In this document: piece after piece, positions 19,239-29,306 of the stretch | How positions within the stretch are numbered: the first letter of the stretch is position 1 | Layout: every line of letters begins with the position of its first letter | Source: Promethearchaeota archaeon | GTDB lineage: Archaea > Asgardarchaeota > Lokiarchaeia > Sigyniarchaeales > SOKP01 | Assembly (NCBI GenBank): GCA_016926735.1 | Contig: JAFGOA010000223.1 | Location: 35,147-99,146 of the forward strand | Direction of reading: 5' to 3' | Length of the DNA: 64,000 nt | The notes under the pieces: model-generated | What the model was told of the DNA's origin: nothing | The model's input: the letters and a program-made list of their open reading frames with translations, nothing else | The model's database searches: none | Program-made: the position numbers and the translations under genes

Positions 19239-19694
19239 TTAAAGAGAATTTACTTTAGATATATTTTTTTTATATTTTTTTATTGTATCTTTTAGAGCGT
19301 TTATAGCTAATTCTGCACAATGTTTATGATCTTTTGGTAAGCCTTTAAGTGATTGATCGATATGTATAGTTTTTAATGATTCTATATCTTCTAGTGGTTT
19401 TCCTCGAGCCATAATGGTTGTTTGACTTCCTGCTGCAACTAATGCACCACATCCATCTGTAATAAAAGTTATGTCTTTAATTATGTTTTCTTCTATTTTT
19501 ATAAAATATTTTATTGATTCTCCGCATTTTCCTTTATAATTATTTTTTACACTTAAATTATGCTCCTCCAATTTTCCCCAATTCTTGGGATTATGAAATA
19601 ATTCTACGATATATTCATTAAATTCTTCAATTTCTTTTGCAATTATTTCTTTCTGAAGCTCCTCTATAAATCTATCAAATTCTTTATTTGACAT
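19239..19694 (-). CDS. NifU/IscU-like Fe-S scaffold protein
   Basis: FHNPKNWG, GKCGE, TDGCG, HCAELA. Confidence 0.88.
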   Translation of the reverse strand: MSNKEFDRFIEELQKEIIAKEIEEFNEYIVELFHNPKNWGKLEEHNLSVKNNYKGKCGESIKYFIKIEENIIKDITFITDGCGALVAAGSQTTIMARGKPLEDIESLKTIHIDQSLKGLPKDHKHCAELAINALKDTIKKYKKNISKVNSL

Positions 19695-19722
19695 TTTATA
19701 AACTCTAAAGTGTTCTTAATAA

Positions 19723-20595
19723 CTACTTTTCCAATAAATTTTGAATTTTATCTACTATTTGTTTAAATGATGTTGCACTTTCATTATCTGTGTTATTAAT
19801 TACAAAAGGTAAGCCTTGATCTCCTTGAAGACTTACTTCAACCTCGAAAGGTATTTTCCCTAAAAGAGGTATATTAAAATCCTTAGCTGCCTTTTCCGCA
19901 CCACCTGGAGGATAAAGATTAATATATTCATTACAATGTGGACATTGAAATCCGGACATATTTTCAATAATTCCTAAAACATGTCTCTTCATAATCTGAG
20001 CCATCTTAATGGTTTTTCGAGCATCCATCAAAGCAACTTCTTGAGGTGTTGTAACAATAATCACATTTTCATCCGGAATAAGTTGTAATATATCCAATGT
20101 TTCATCAGATGTACCTGGGGGTAGATCACATATAAGAAAGTCTAATTCTCCCCATAAAGCATCTCCTAGAAATTGTCTTACAGCCCCCATTTTCATAGGA
20201 CCTCTCCAAATTACTGGTGAATCAGAATTATCTATAAGAAAAGCCATACTCATTACTTTGGTATTAAGTGGACCATCTATAGGATAAAATTTTTTTAATT
20301 CTTCATTTATTCTTGGTTTTTTACTAGAATCAATTCCTAGCATTTTATTTACATTCGGACCAGTTATATCTACATCTAATAGTCCTACTCGAAGGCCTAT
20401 ACTTGCGAGACTCATTGCTAAATTTACGGATACTGTTGTTTTACCGACCCCTCCCTTACCTGAAATAACAACGATTTTATGTTTTATCTTTGCCATGTTA
20501 TTTTTTATATTATCTGTCGTTTCATCCATTTTTTCTTTTTTAGCTTGTTTTATAGTATCTTTAAGATTAATATCTTCGATTTTTTCATCTTTCAT
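19723..20595 (-). CDS. mrp: Mrp/NBP35 (ApbC) Fe-S carrier ATPase
   Basis: SGKGGVGKT, VIWRGP, DLPPGTSD, ENMSGFQCPHC. Confidence 0.95.
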   Translation of the reverse strand: MKDEKIEDINLKDTIKQAKKEKMDETTDNIKNNMAKIKHKIVVISGKGGVGKTTVSVNLAMSLASIGLRVGLLDVDITGPNVNKMLGIDSSKKPRINEELKKFYPIDGPLNTKVMSMAFLIDNSDSPVIWRGPMKMGAVRQFLGDALWGELDFLICDLPPGTSDETLDILQLIPDENVIIVTTPQEVALMDARKTIKMAQIMKRHVLGIIENMSGFQCPHCNEYINLYPPGGAEKAAKDFNIPLLGKIPFEVEVSLQGDQGLPFVINNTDNESATSFKQIVDKIQNLLEK

Positions 20596-20684
20596 ATGGT
20601 TTCACTTTAATTCTAATTTTTTTCCTTTTTCAATCTTTTTTTTTATTATTTAGATTAAATTTAAATATTTTAATAAGTTTATTA

Positions 20685-20704
20685 TTATGAATAAATATTC
20701 ATAA
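20685..20704. promoter_or_regulatory. Palindromic operator TTATGAATAAATATTCATAA
   Basis: Lies in the divergent mrp / nifX-like intergenic region; same motif as 18766. Confidence 0.7.
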
Positions 20705-20746
20705 AAAAGAATAAAAAAAATACAAATAAAAATAGTTGATTAAGAA

Positions 20747-21154
20747 ATGGTTATTATAGCAATACCTTCGATGAATGATGGTGGATTAAATGATTTTCTA
20801 AATCCACGATTTGGGAGATGTCCTTGTTTTACATTTATTGAACTAGAAAATAAAGAAGTTACAGCGGTGAAGATTATAAATAATGTTGCTACTAATTCAA
20901 TGGGGGGCGCAGGAATACAAGCGGCACAAATTGTTGGAGAAAATAAAGCGGATACAGTTATTATAAATTTCTTGGGTCCTAATGCAATCCAAGCACTTAA
21001 ATCTTTTAATATTAAAATCTTTGAGCTTAGAAACGATAAAATTTCCATAAAAGATGTTCTAGATCTATATAATAAGGGGGAATTAGCAGAGATAAATGCT
21101 TCAAATGTTAATTCTCATTTTGGAACTAATAAAAATATAACTAATCCGAATTAA
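20747..21154 (+). CDS. NifB/NifX-family cofactor-binding protein
   Basis: PRFGRCPCF, GGAGIQAAQ, LGPNA. Confidence 0.88.
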   Translation: MVIIAIPSMNDGGLNDFLNPRFGRCPCFTFIELENKEVTAVKIINNVATNSMGGAGIQAAQIVGENKADTVIINFLGPNAIQALKSFNIKIFELRNDKISIKDVLDLYNKGELAEINASNVNSHFGTNKNITNPN

Positions 21155-21200
21155 ATTATTAAAAAATTAATTTTATACATATTTTAATAAAAGCTTTAAA

Positions 21201-22115
21201 ATGTCAAAAAATCTTAAAATTATTTGTGTAACTGGAGGAAAAGGTGGTACTGGAAAAACTTTAGTCGCCGTTAATTTAGCAGTGATGTTAAAAAATCAAG
21301 GTAATAAAATACTGCTTATTGATGGAGATGTTGAAAATCCTAACACTCACTTATTATTAAATAGGGAATTATTAAATGATAAACCCGTATATATGTTCAA
21401 ACCAAAAATTTCAGAACATTTATGCTATAAATGTGGAACATGTGCTGAAAATTGCTCTGCTCATGCATTATTATACATAACAAATTCTGTTCCTATTCCA
21501 ATGCTTACTGTGTGCTCTGGATGTAAATTATGTTATAAAATTTGTCCTTCAAATGCTATTGAGGAAGATTATAAAATAATTGGATGGACTTATTACTCCA
21601 CCAAGGATAATCTTTCTCTTATGGTTGGTGAATTAAAACCATCTGAGGCTCGTTCTGCTGCAATCATTGAAGCATTATTTAAACGAATGGAAGATATTCA
21701 ACAAAACAATATAGAAGATTTTGATTTTATTATTTTTGATAGTGCTCCTGGAGCTCATTGTGATGTTGAATTATTAATAAATAAAGCCGATATCATCATT
21801 CCAGTTACTGAACCAACGAAATTCGGTGAATTAGATTTAATGCGAATAATAGAATTAATTAATCTTTTGGAAAAAGAATACCAAATCATAATTAATCGAT
21901 CAACTTTACCTGGGTATAAAGATGTATTTTTAAAGAAATTAAATGACAAAAATATTAACATTCTTGGTGAAATACCTTTCGATGAAGATATTGTACTATC
22001 TTATTGTCAAGGTATCCCTCTAATGAGTGAAGAAAGCATATTTAATACAAAAAATGAAGGATATTTATCATTTCAAACAATATTTAAAAATTTATTAAGT
22101 TGGATAAATAGTTAA
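21201..22115 (+). CDS. MinD-superfamily P-loop ATPase with inserted 2x[4Fe-4S] domain
   Basis: GGKGGTGKT, DGDVENPN, CxxCxxCxxxC twice, VTEPT. Confidence 0.9.
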   Translation: MSKNLKIICVTGGKGGTGKTLVAVNLAVMLKNQGNKILLIDGDVENPNTHLLLNRELLNDKPVYMFKPKISEHLCYKCGTCAENCSAHALLYITNSVPIPMLTVCSGCKLCYKICPSNAIEEDYKIIGWTYYSTKDNLSLMVGELKPSEARSAAIIEALFKRMEDIQQNNIEDFDFIIFDSAPGAHCDVELLINKADIIIPVTEPTKFGELDLMRIIELINLLEKEYQIIINRSTLPGYKDVFLKKLNDKNINILGEIPFDEDIVLSYCQGIPLMSEESIFNTKNEGYLSFQTIFKNLLSWINS

Positions 22116-22128
22116 CTGGGAATGAATA

Positions 22129-23055
22129 ATGAAAAACAAGAAAGTTGGAGTTATTTCTGGTAAGGGAGGGGTCGGTAAAACCTCACTTGTAGCTTCATTA
22201 GCATATTTGACTGAGAATGATAGAGATATCAATTCTATTGTTATTGATTGTGATGTCGATGCACCTAATTTAGCTCTGATTTTATCACCAAGTCCAAATA
22301 ATAATCTAAAAAGAAAAGATGTATATTCAACCTTAAAGGCTTCATTTCAAAAAGAAAAATGCACACAATGTAAACGCTGTATTGATGATCATTTTTGTGA
22401 ATTTAATGCTTTAAGTTGGGATTTTGATAACAACATCCCATTGATTGATTATCTTTCATGTGAAGGATGTGGTGCCTGCAAATTATTGTGTCAAGGATAT
22501 GCTTTTGAAATAAATCCTGTTAAAAGTGGTGAAATTATTTACTATATTTCAGATATTGGTATACCTATTGTTTATGGTAAAACAAGATTAGGAAGTACAA
22601 CCTCTGGAAAACTAGTTACAGAATGTAAATCTTACATTGAAAAATTAGATGGTTTAGAAAAAATAAATCTAATTATAATTGATGGTCCTCCTGGAATTGG
22701 CTGTCCTGTTATTGCAACTATATCAGGATTAGATTATCTAATTATTGTCACTGAACCAACACCCTCAGGATTACACGACCTTAAGAGAACTATCGAACTA
22801 GTTCAAAATTTTAAAATTCCTTTTGGAATTGTGATAAATAAATTTAATATTGATACTCCTTTTCAAGTTGAGTTTAAAAAATATTTTAATGAAACAGGTT
22901 TTGATATTATTGGTAAAATTCCTTTTGATTTAACAATACCTGAAGCTATGTCATATGCAAAACCAGTTATTGAATTTAATCATGAATCTGAAGCAAGTAA
23001 AGCTATTAAAAATATATATACACAAATAAAGAATATTTTATGGAACGGAAAATAA
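22129..23055 (+). CDS. MinD-superfamily P-loop ATPase with inserted ferredoxin domain (paralog)
   Basis: SGKGGVGKT, DCDVDAPN, CEGCGAC, DGPPGIGCP. Confidence 0.9.
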   Translation: MKNKKVGVISGKGGVGKTSLVASLAYLTENDRDINSIVIDCDVDAPNLALILSPSPNNNLKRKDVYSTLKASFQKEKCTQCKRCIDDHFCEFNALSWDFDNNIPLIDYLSCEGCGACKLLCQGYAFEINPVKSGEIIYYISDIGIPIVYGKTRLGSTTSGKLVTECKSYIEKLDGLEKINLIIIDGPPGIGCPVIATISGLDYLIIVTEPTPSGLHDLKRTIELVQNFKIPFGIVINKFNIDTPFQVEFKKYFNETGFDIIGKIPFDLTIPEAMSYAKPVIEFNHESEASKAIKNIYTQIKNILWNGK

Positions 23056-23091
23056 TTAATTTATTTATTTTAAAAATCTCTATCTTTAAAA

Positions 23092-23511
23092 TTAAATTTG
23101 TTCTCTAACAAAGAAATATACATTTTTTGAATTGCAATTCACACAATTAATTTTCTTATCTTTTGAAGCAGAAACATCTTCCCATTCATGATTACAATCA
23201 ATACAACCATAACCAATGAATTTTACTTTATAGTCGAAAGTACCTCCAAAAATTTTTATATTTTTTCCTTCAATGAGAGCTTGGGTTGTTTTCTGATGAG
23301 CACTTTCGAGAATACGTGAGAAGGTTGGTTGACTAATACCCATCTCGTCAGCAGCTGTTTTTTGATCTAAATTTAAATAATGTTTTAATCTCATAGATTC
23401 GAATTCTGAGATTGTCAAAATAATAGATTCTTCAAAAGAGGGATCTTCACTTGCAAAATAGAAATTATTGGGTGTTTCTCTTACCCATCTTCTTCTTTTT
23501 CTTCTCCCCAT
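23092..23511 (-). CDS. DUF134 HTH DNA-binding protein with C-terminal Zn ribbon
   Basis: MGRRKRRR, EFESMRL, QKTAADEMGISQPTFSRIL, CxxC...CxxC. Confidence 0.88.
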   Translation of the reverse strand: MGRRKRRRWVRETPNNFYFASEDPSFEESIILTISEFESMRLKHYLNLDQKTAADEMGISQPTFSRILESAHQKTTQALIEGKNIKIFGGTFDYKVKFIGYGCIDCNHEWEDVSASKDKKINCVNCNSKNVYFFVREQI

Positions 23512-23625
23512 ATTTAATCAATTGAAATCTTGATGAATTAATTCTTTTAAAAAAACTAATTATCTTTTAATTATTAAAACTAATTATAACAATAAATTTA
23601 TTCCTATTTTTCTGATATCATAATT

Positions 23626-23985
23626 TTAGTGATGACAACTTGGTCCTTCTAATTTGTCCAATTTATCACTAAGAAGTAACTCTATATTTTCTTTTACAGT
23701 TTTCTCAGATATTCCTTGATAAAGATTAATTCCTACTTGAATAAATCCCATATAAGGTCTACCTCCAATCCCTCCAATAATCATATCAGTTACATCTCTA
23801 TCTTTCATATTCAAAACAGGTTCCATACAACTTGAATGACCTTTATTTTGTAGTAAAAATGCAATCTCACCAATGTGATTATCATTGGTGTTGATCCCAA
23901 TAAAAAAATTACAATGACCAAAATGATCAGACATAACATCATCTATTTTTGAACCATCTGAAGGAATAGCTATTATTCTTTTCAT
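23626..23985 (-). CDS. NifB/NifX-family protein
   Basis: HFGHC, GGIGGRP. Confidence 0.85.
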   Translation of the reverse strand: MKRIIAIPSDGSKIDDVMSDHFGHCNFFIGINTNDNHIGEIAFLLQNKGHSSCMEPVLNMKDRDVTDMIIGGIGGRPYMGFIQVGINLYQGISEKTVKENIELLLSDKLDKLEGPSCHH

Positions 23986-24006
23986 TTTTACCTTACCTTT
24001 TTATTT

Positions 24007-24022
24007 ATGAATAATTATTCAT
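24007..24022. promoter_or_regulatory. Palindromic operator ATGAATAATTATTCAT
   Basis: Perfect 16-bp palindrome 22 bp upstream of the nifX-like/DUF134 unit. Confidence 0.65.
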
Positions 24023-24099
24023 TTTATATAAATTTACATATATACAAATCTTCCTGGTTAGAAAAATATATAATATTTAAAAAAAATTACATCATTATA

Positions 24100-24363
24100 A
24101 TGGATTTTTTACATGCTTTATTATTTTTATTTATAATTTTGTATTTTTCTTATGTTATAAAAGCTAACTACTTTTACCTTGTTTTTATAGCAGTTGTTTT
24201 CTTATTTTTTTTTATTTCTCTATTATTTTTAGAGCCAATGCAATTTATAAATGCTATAGTAAATCAGATAATTTTAACACCTTGGGGATTGATTATCTTA
24301 ATTATTTTGGGTATTTTGTTGATATTCACTTCAAAACTAAAAAAAAAAGTTGAATATAAGTAA
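24100..24363 (+). CDS. Small membrane protein (likely start ATG 24100, not 24007)
   Basis: Three hydrophobic segments; the longer start lies inside the operator palindrome. Confidence 0.5.
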   Translation: MDFLHALLFLFIILYFSYVIKANYFYLVFIAVVFLFFFISLLFLEPMQFINAIVNQIILTPWGLIILIILGILLIFTSKLKKKVEYK

Positions 24364-24388
24364 AATAATTAATTTATAAGAATAATTT

Positions 24389-26068
24389 TCAATAAAATCT
24401 ATTTATTTTTCTTAATCCAAAAAATAATAGGAAAATAGTAGGGAATATAAGAAGAATCTGATGCAACAGAAAAATTAACTCAAGTAGATCAAGATTTATA
24501 GCAGAATTTGGCAAAAAATAAAGTATAATATTTAAAGAAATAAATAAGCAAATAAGTTGTAGTATTATAATATAGTATGTATTAATAAACACTATTTTTT
24601 TCTCGTATTTAAATAATGGATTATAGCATTGTAGTCCTACTCCCAAAAATAATAAAGTAATATTATTTGATAAAATAAGCAAAAAGAGAAATAAAATAAG
24701 CAAAATATCAAATAAGAATATTAACGAAATTAAACAGGTAATTAAAATATCTACTATCAATATAATTAAGAATTGAGAATAAATATATGAAATTATAAGA
24801 GACTTCAAACCTCTTGGAGATTTTCGAAAATGAAAGATAAGTTCTTTTGAATCTAAAAATGAAGATGTACTATTAAAAATACTATAGAAAAATGAACCTG
24901 TCCATGTAATTAAGAAAATAACTAAAAATTTATATTGATCAAAATTAATAGTAATTTCTATAGTTTCATTAAAAGGAGAATCTTCAAGAAATTGAATTAG
25001 ATTTGGATAAGAAAAAAAGAATACGATTCCAGATAAAATTAATATTGCTACTGTAAAAAACAATTTCGCAATATTTTCTTTTTCTCGAAAGAATTCTTTT
25101 AATTGTGTTATTACTAAAATTTTCCATTTATTGAGAATTAACTTACTAAATATTTTAAAAATTTGATTATTATATGTAAGAAACTTTGATTTAGAGTTTT
25201 GATAAGTATTTTCTGAAATTATTGAACTATTGACACTTTTATAATATATAAATAAGGTAATAATTGGTAATAAAACAGATAAAATTATTGTTATCCATAA
25301 TATTGTTTCAGATATAGTCAAGAAAGTAGGATCAATAACATAAGCAATTATATTTGAATACCAAAATGGAGGTAAGAAATTAAGATATATTTTATAATCT
25401 TGCGAAACTGAAAGAAAAAGCACAAGAAATTGAAGGCTGTATACTATTATTTTTATCAAAAGAGTGAAAGTATAAATAAAATAGACTCGATTTCTCTGTA
25501 ATTTATAAATTCTAAATGCATTATATTTAATGATATTCATTATTATCATTCCAAGAAGGAGGCTAAAAATAAGTAATAAAAACAAATTGAGATATATAAA
25601 AAAAAAATCGATTATTTGAATCTCTTTTATTAAACCTAAAATAGATATGAAAAAAGGACCAACAATTAACACAATCATTAAATAAAAGGGAATTCTCCAT
25701 AAGAAATCTGCCATAACTACATCTCTAATCTTTATTGGTGATGATAAATAGATTTCTCTCATATCTATTTCTGCTTTTCTATTAAAATCGTAAATTGGAA
25801 CTAAAAAATTAACTAAAAAAATTATAAAAAAGAAACTCCCTAAAATATTAAGGAAATAATCTCTTATATACTCAGAACCGAATACCTTAAAAATTGAAGG
25901 AATAATTGAATTCAAGACAATAGGTCCAAAATATATCCCCCAAAATATAAGAAAGCCTATAATAAAAATTAAGAATCTTTTTCTATTTTTTTGAAATCGA
26001 AATGTAAAAATACGAAATTCTTTTTTTGCTATTGTTAGCCAAATTCTTATATTTTTTTTTTCAAGCAT
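24389..26068 (-). CDS. Putative ABC exporter permease
   Basis: Multi-TM, IAKKEFR N-terminus, divergent from an ABC ATPase. Confidence 0.7.
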   Translation of the reverse strand: MLEKKNIRIWLTIAKKEFRIFTFRFQKNRKRFLIFIIGFLIFWGIYFGPIVLNSIIPSIFKVFGSEYIRDYFLNILGSFFFIIFLVNFLVPIYDFNRKAEIDMREIYLSSPIKIRDVVMADFLWRIPFYLMIVLIVGPFFISILGLIKEIQIIDFFFIYLNLFLLLIFSLLLGMIIMNIIKYNAFRIYKLQRNRVYFIYTFTLLIKIIVYSLQFLVLFLSVSQDYKIYLNFLPPFWYSNIIAYVIDPTFLTISETILWITIILSVLLPIITLFIYYKSVNSSIISENTYQNSKSKFLTYNNQIFKIFSKLILNKWKILVITQLKEFFREKENIAKLFFTVAILILSGIVFFFSYPNLIQFLEDSPFNETIEITINFDQYKFLVIFLITWTGSFFYSIFNSTSSFLDSKELIFHFRKSPRGLKSLIISYIYSQFLIILIVDILITCLISLIFLFDILLILFLFLLILSNNITLLFLGVGLQCYNPLFKYEKKIVFINTYYIIILQLICLFISLNIILYFLPNSAINLDLLELIFLLHQILLIFPTIFLLFFGLRKINRFY

Positions 26069-26291
26069 CTGAAGCAGGCTAAATTAGAATATGTATCATT
26101 TCCCAATTTATTTAATAATATAGTATACAAAATACCTTTGGAGTTTTAAATTTATTTAGAAGATTTTTAAATATATTTTAAGAGAGATAAATTATTAAAA
26201 TTTTAGCTATTCTATATTCTATTAACCTAATTTCATTTAAAATTTAATTATTTTATTAATATATATATTTATATCAGTTAAAAAAGAGATC

Positions 26292-27059
26292 ATGGAAAAT
26301 AATTTTGCAATTAACACAGAAAATTTATCTAAATCTTATAATAACAAAATAGCTGTTTCTAATCTAAGTCTAAAAGTTAATTATGGTAAGATTTATGGGT
26401 TATTAGGCCCAAATGGAGCTGGAAAGACAACAACTATCCAAATTTTAAATTGTATAATAAAACCTGATTCAGGTAAAGCTCAAATTCATGGATTTGATAT
26501 TATGAGCCAAAGTGATAATGTGAAAAAAAATACAGGATATCTACCAGAAACCCCTGCTTTATATGAAAAATTAACTCCAGAAGAATATCTTGAATTTATA
26601 GGAGAATTATATTTTATTCCAAAAATTGTATTAAAAAAGCGTATAATTGATTTATTGGAACTTTTTGATTTAGACAATAGAAAAGATGATTTAATCGGGA
26701 ATTATTCAAAAGGAATGAAACAAAAAGTTAACATATGTGCTGCATTAATTCCAGATCCTCCAATTATTTTTTTAGATGAACCAACCTCGAATTTAGATCC
26801 TGCTTCGGCAAAGATTATTAAAGATTTGTTTAAATCATTGATTTTAAATGCTCAAAAAACCATTTTTCTCTGTACTCACCTTCTTGATGTTGCTAAAGAA
26901 CTATGTGATAGAATTGGTATTATTAATAACGGTTGTTTATTAATTGAAGGAACTCCTAAAGAAATTGTAGATTCTGGAAATTATCTAAATTTAGAAGATG
27001 CTTATCTGAATATTTTAGATATTTCTCATAATAAAGATCTATTAAAATGGAGAAGTTAA
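26292..27059 (+). CDS. ABC transporter ATP-binding protein
   Basis: GPNGAGKTT, YSKGMKQK, FLDEPT. Confidence 0.95.
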   Translation: MENNFAINTENLSKSYNNKIAVSNLSLKVNYGKIYGLLGPNGAGKTTTIQILNCIIKPDSGKAQIHGFDIMSQSDNVKKNTGYLPETPALYEKLTPEEYLEFIGELYFIPKIVLKKRIIDLLELFDLDNRKDDLIGNYSKGMKQKVNICAALIPDPPIIFLDEPTSNLDPASAKIIKDLFKSLILNAQKTIFLCTHLLDVAKELCDRIGIINNGCLLIEGTPKEIVDSGNYLNLEDAYLNILDISHNKDLLKWRS

Positions 27060-27248
27060 AAAAGATATTATATAAAAATAACAACCTATTGGGAGTATAC
27101 ATTTTATTTTCGAAAGCTATTTAAATATATTTTTTATGAAATAACATTATGATTTAAAAAAATATAATATTTAAAATAAGTCTAAAGATACTTAGCATAA
27201 GCCTAATTAAAGTTTAACTTTTAAATATATTGAATAATTTATAAAAGT

Positions 27249-29252
27249 ATGAGTAAAAATAAATACGAATTTAAAGCAGAAATTAAAAAACTATTAGATA
27301 TCTTGAGTAAATCCCTTTATCAACATAAAGAAGTTTTCCTCAGAGAATTGATTAGTAATTCTGTAGATGCACTTAAAAAAATTCATTTTTTATCATTAAC
27401 AGATAAAAATATAGAAGATATTGAAGATAATCTTAAAATTGAAATTATCATTGATTCTGATTCTAAAACAATTACTGTTAAAGATACAGGAATTGGAATG
27501 AATAAAGAGGAGCTTATTAATAATTTAGGAACTATTGCTGGAAGTGGTTCTCAAAAGTTTCTAGAACAACTTAATAATACCCAAAAAATAGATAATAAAA
27601 ATGTGGATTTAGATGTTATAGGTCAATTTGGTGTTGGGTTTTATTCGATTTTCATGGTTGCTGATAAAGTTAAAGTAATTTCGAAATCATATATTAAAGA
27701 AGAGAACGCTTATGAATGGGAATCAGATGGAACTGGAGAATTTATTGTAAATAATAATGATAAATCTACAAGAGGAACAGATGTAATATTATTTCTTAAA
27801 GAAGATGAGAAAGAATACCTTGATAAATTTAGGATTGAATCAATAATAAAAAAATATTCTAATTATGTCTCTTTTCCAATTTACGTTTCTGAAATAAAAA
27901 AAGAAGCAGAAGAGGAAAAAGAGAAAAAAGTTGAGGAAGTGGAAGATAAAAAAAAACCTGAACCTATTAATGAATTAACTCCTTTATGGAAAAAAAATTC
28001 AAAAGATATTACTGAAGAGGAATATAAAAGCTTTTACCATTTTATTTCCAATAGATATGATAATTATTCACATGTTATTAATTATAGTATAGATGGCACT
28101 GTTCAATTTCGTTCTATACTTTTCATACCTGAATCTGATATCAATCAATTTATAAGACCTGATGATGAATATGGCTTAACTCTTTATTCTAAAAATGTAA
28201 TGATTATGAAAAATTGCAGTGATTTAATTCCAAAATGGATGAGATTTATAAAAGGAGTTGTTGATTCAAATGATATTCCATTAAATATCAGTAGAGATAC
28301 CATTCAAACTAATCGGGTAATGATGAAGATAGAAAAATTACTAATTAAAAAAATATTAAGAGAACTTGATAATATCGCTGAAAATGAACCAGAGAAATAT
28401 AAGAAATTATGGGAAAGTTTTTCTCCATATATAAAAGAGGGTATTCTTTCTGACGCTTTTAGAACAGATAAACTTCTTACTTATCTTCGCTTTAATAGCT
28501 CAAAATCAAAAGAGGGCGAATATAGAAGTATTGAAGATTATATAAAAGATATGCCTGAAACTCAAAAAGAACTATATTATTTAATTGGCGAAAATCTAAA
28601 TACTTTGAAGTTATCACCTCATTTAGGATATTATAATGAAAATAATATGGAAGTTATATTATTAGATGAACCTATTGATAATTTCTTAATGATGAATGTA
28701 CGTGAATATAAAAAAACAATACTGGAAGGTGAAAATGAAGAAATTAAATCATACACCTTTACTCCCATAGATGTAACAGAACCTACTAAGGAAGATAAAG
28801 AAGCATCAGAGGATGAGGGTAAAAAAGATAAAACTGAAGAACTTATTCCTGAGAATATAAAGAAATTCTTTGAATATGTAAAATCTACTCTTGGAGAAAA
28901 GATTCTTGAGGTTAAACTGTCTGATCGTCTCTATCAAAATGTATGTAGATTGGCAAATCCTGCTGGTGGTATGACTTCAAGTATGCAAAGAGCTATGAGA
29001 TATTGGACAAAAACAGAATATGGAAAAGATTTTGAAATTCCGAGGAAAATTTTAGAGTTTAATAAGGATCATCCTATTTTTAATAAATTAATTGAACTTT
29101 ATGAAAATGATCCAAAAGATGATAAAGTCACATTAATTATAACTCAACTTTTTGAAAATTGCCTTTTAGCTGAAGGTGATCTACCAAATCCATCTCTTAT
29201 GGTTCCAAGAATAAATCAATTAATTGAGTTATTATTAGTTGAAAAAAAATAG
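27249..29252 (+). CDS. htpG: Molecular chaperone HtpG/Hsp90
   Basis: FLRELISN, DTGIGM, IGQFGVGFYS, PLNISR. Confidence 0.97.
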   Translation: MSKNKYEFKAEIKKLLDILSKSLYQHKEVFLRELISNSVDALKKIHFLSLTDKNIEDIEDNLKIEIIIDSDSKTITVKDTGIGMNKEELINNLGTIAGSGSQKFLEQLNNTQKIDNKNVDLDVIGQFGVGFYSIFMVADKVKVISKSYIKEENAYEWESDGTGEFIVNNNDKSTRGTDVILFLKEDEKEYLDKFRIESIIKKYSNYVSFPIYVSEIKKEAEEEKEKKVEEVEDKKKPEPINELTPLWKKNSKDITEEEYKSFYHFISNRYDNYSHVINYSIDGTVQFRSILFIPESDINQFIRPDDEYGLTLYSKNVMIMKNCSDLIPKWMRFIKGVVDSNDIPLNISRDTIQTNRVMMKIEKLLIKKILRELDNIAENEPEKYKKLWESFSPYIKEGILSDAFRTDKLLTYLRFNSSKSKEGEYRSIEDYIKDMPETQKELYYLIGENLNTLKLSPHLGYYNENNMEVILLDEPIDNFLMMNVREYKKTILEGENEEIKSYTFTPIDVTEPTKEDKEASEDEGKKDKTEELIPENIKKFFEYVKSTLGEKILEVKLSDRLYQNVCRLANPAGGMTSSMQRAMRYWTKTEYGKDFEIPRKILEFNKDHPIFNKLIELYENDPKDDKVTLIITQLFENCLLAEGDLPNPSLMVPRINQLIELLLVEKK

Positions 29253-29306
29253 TTTAAAAAAGAACGAATAAGATCTTATTTTTCCTTTTCTTTTTTATAG
29301 TTTTTT

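Noticed and set aside
27192-27206. TTAGCATAAGCCTAA upstream of htpG as another DtxR-like box
   Set aside because: Spacing is N7 rather than N6, it is a single imperfect copy, and there is no iron context; could be a heat-shock operator but unsupported
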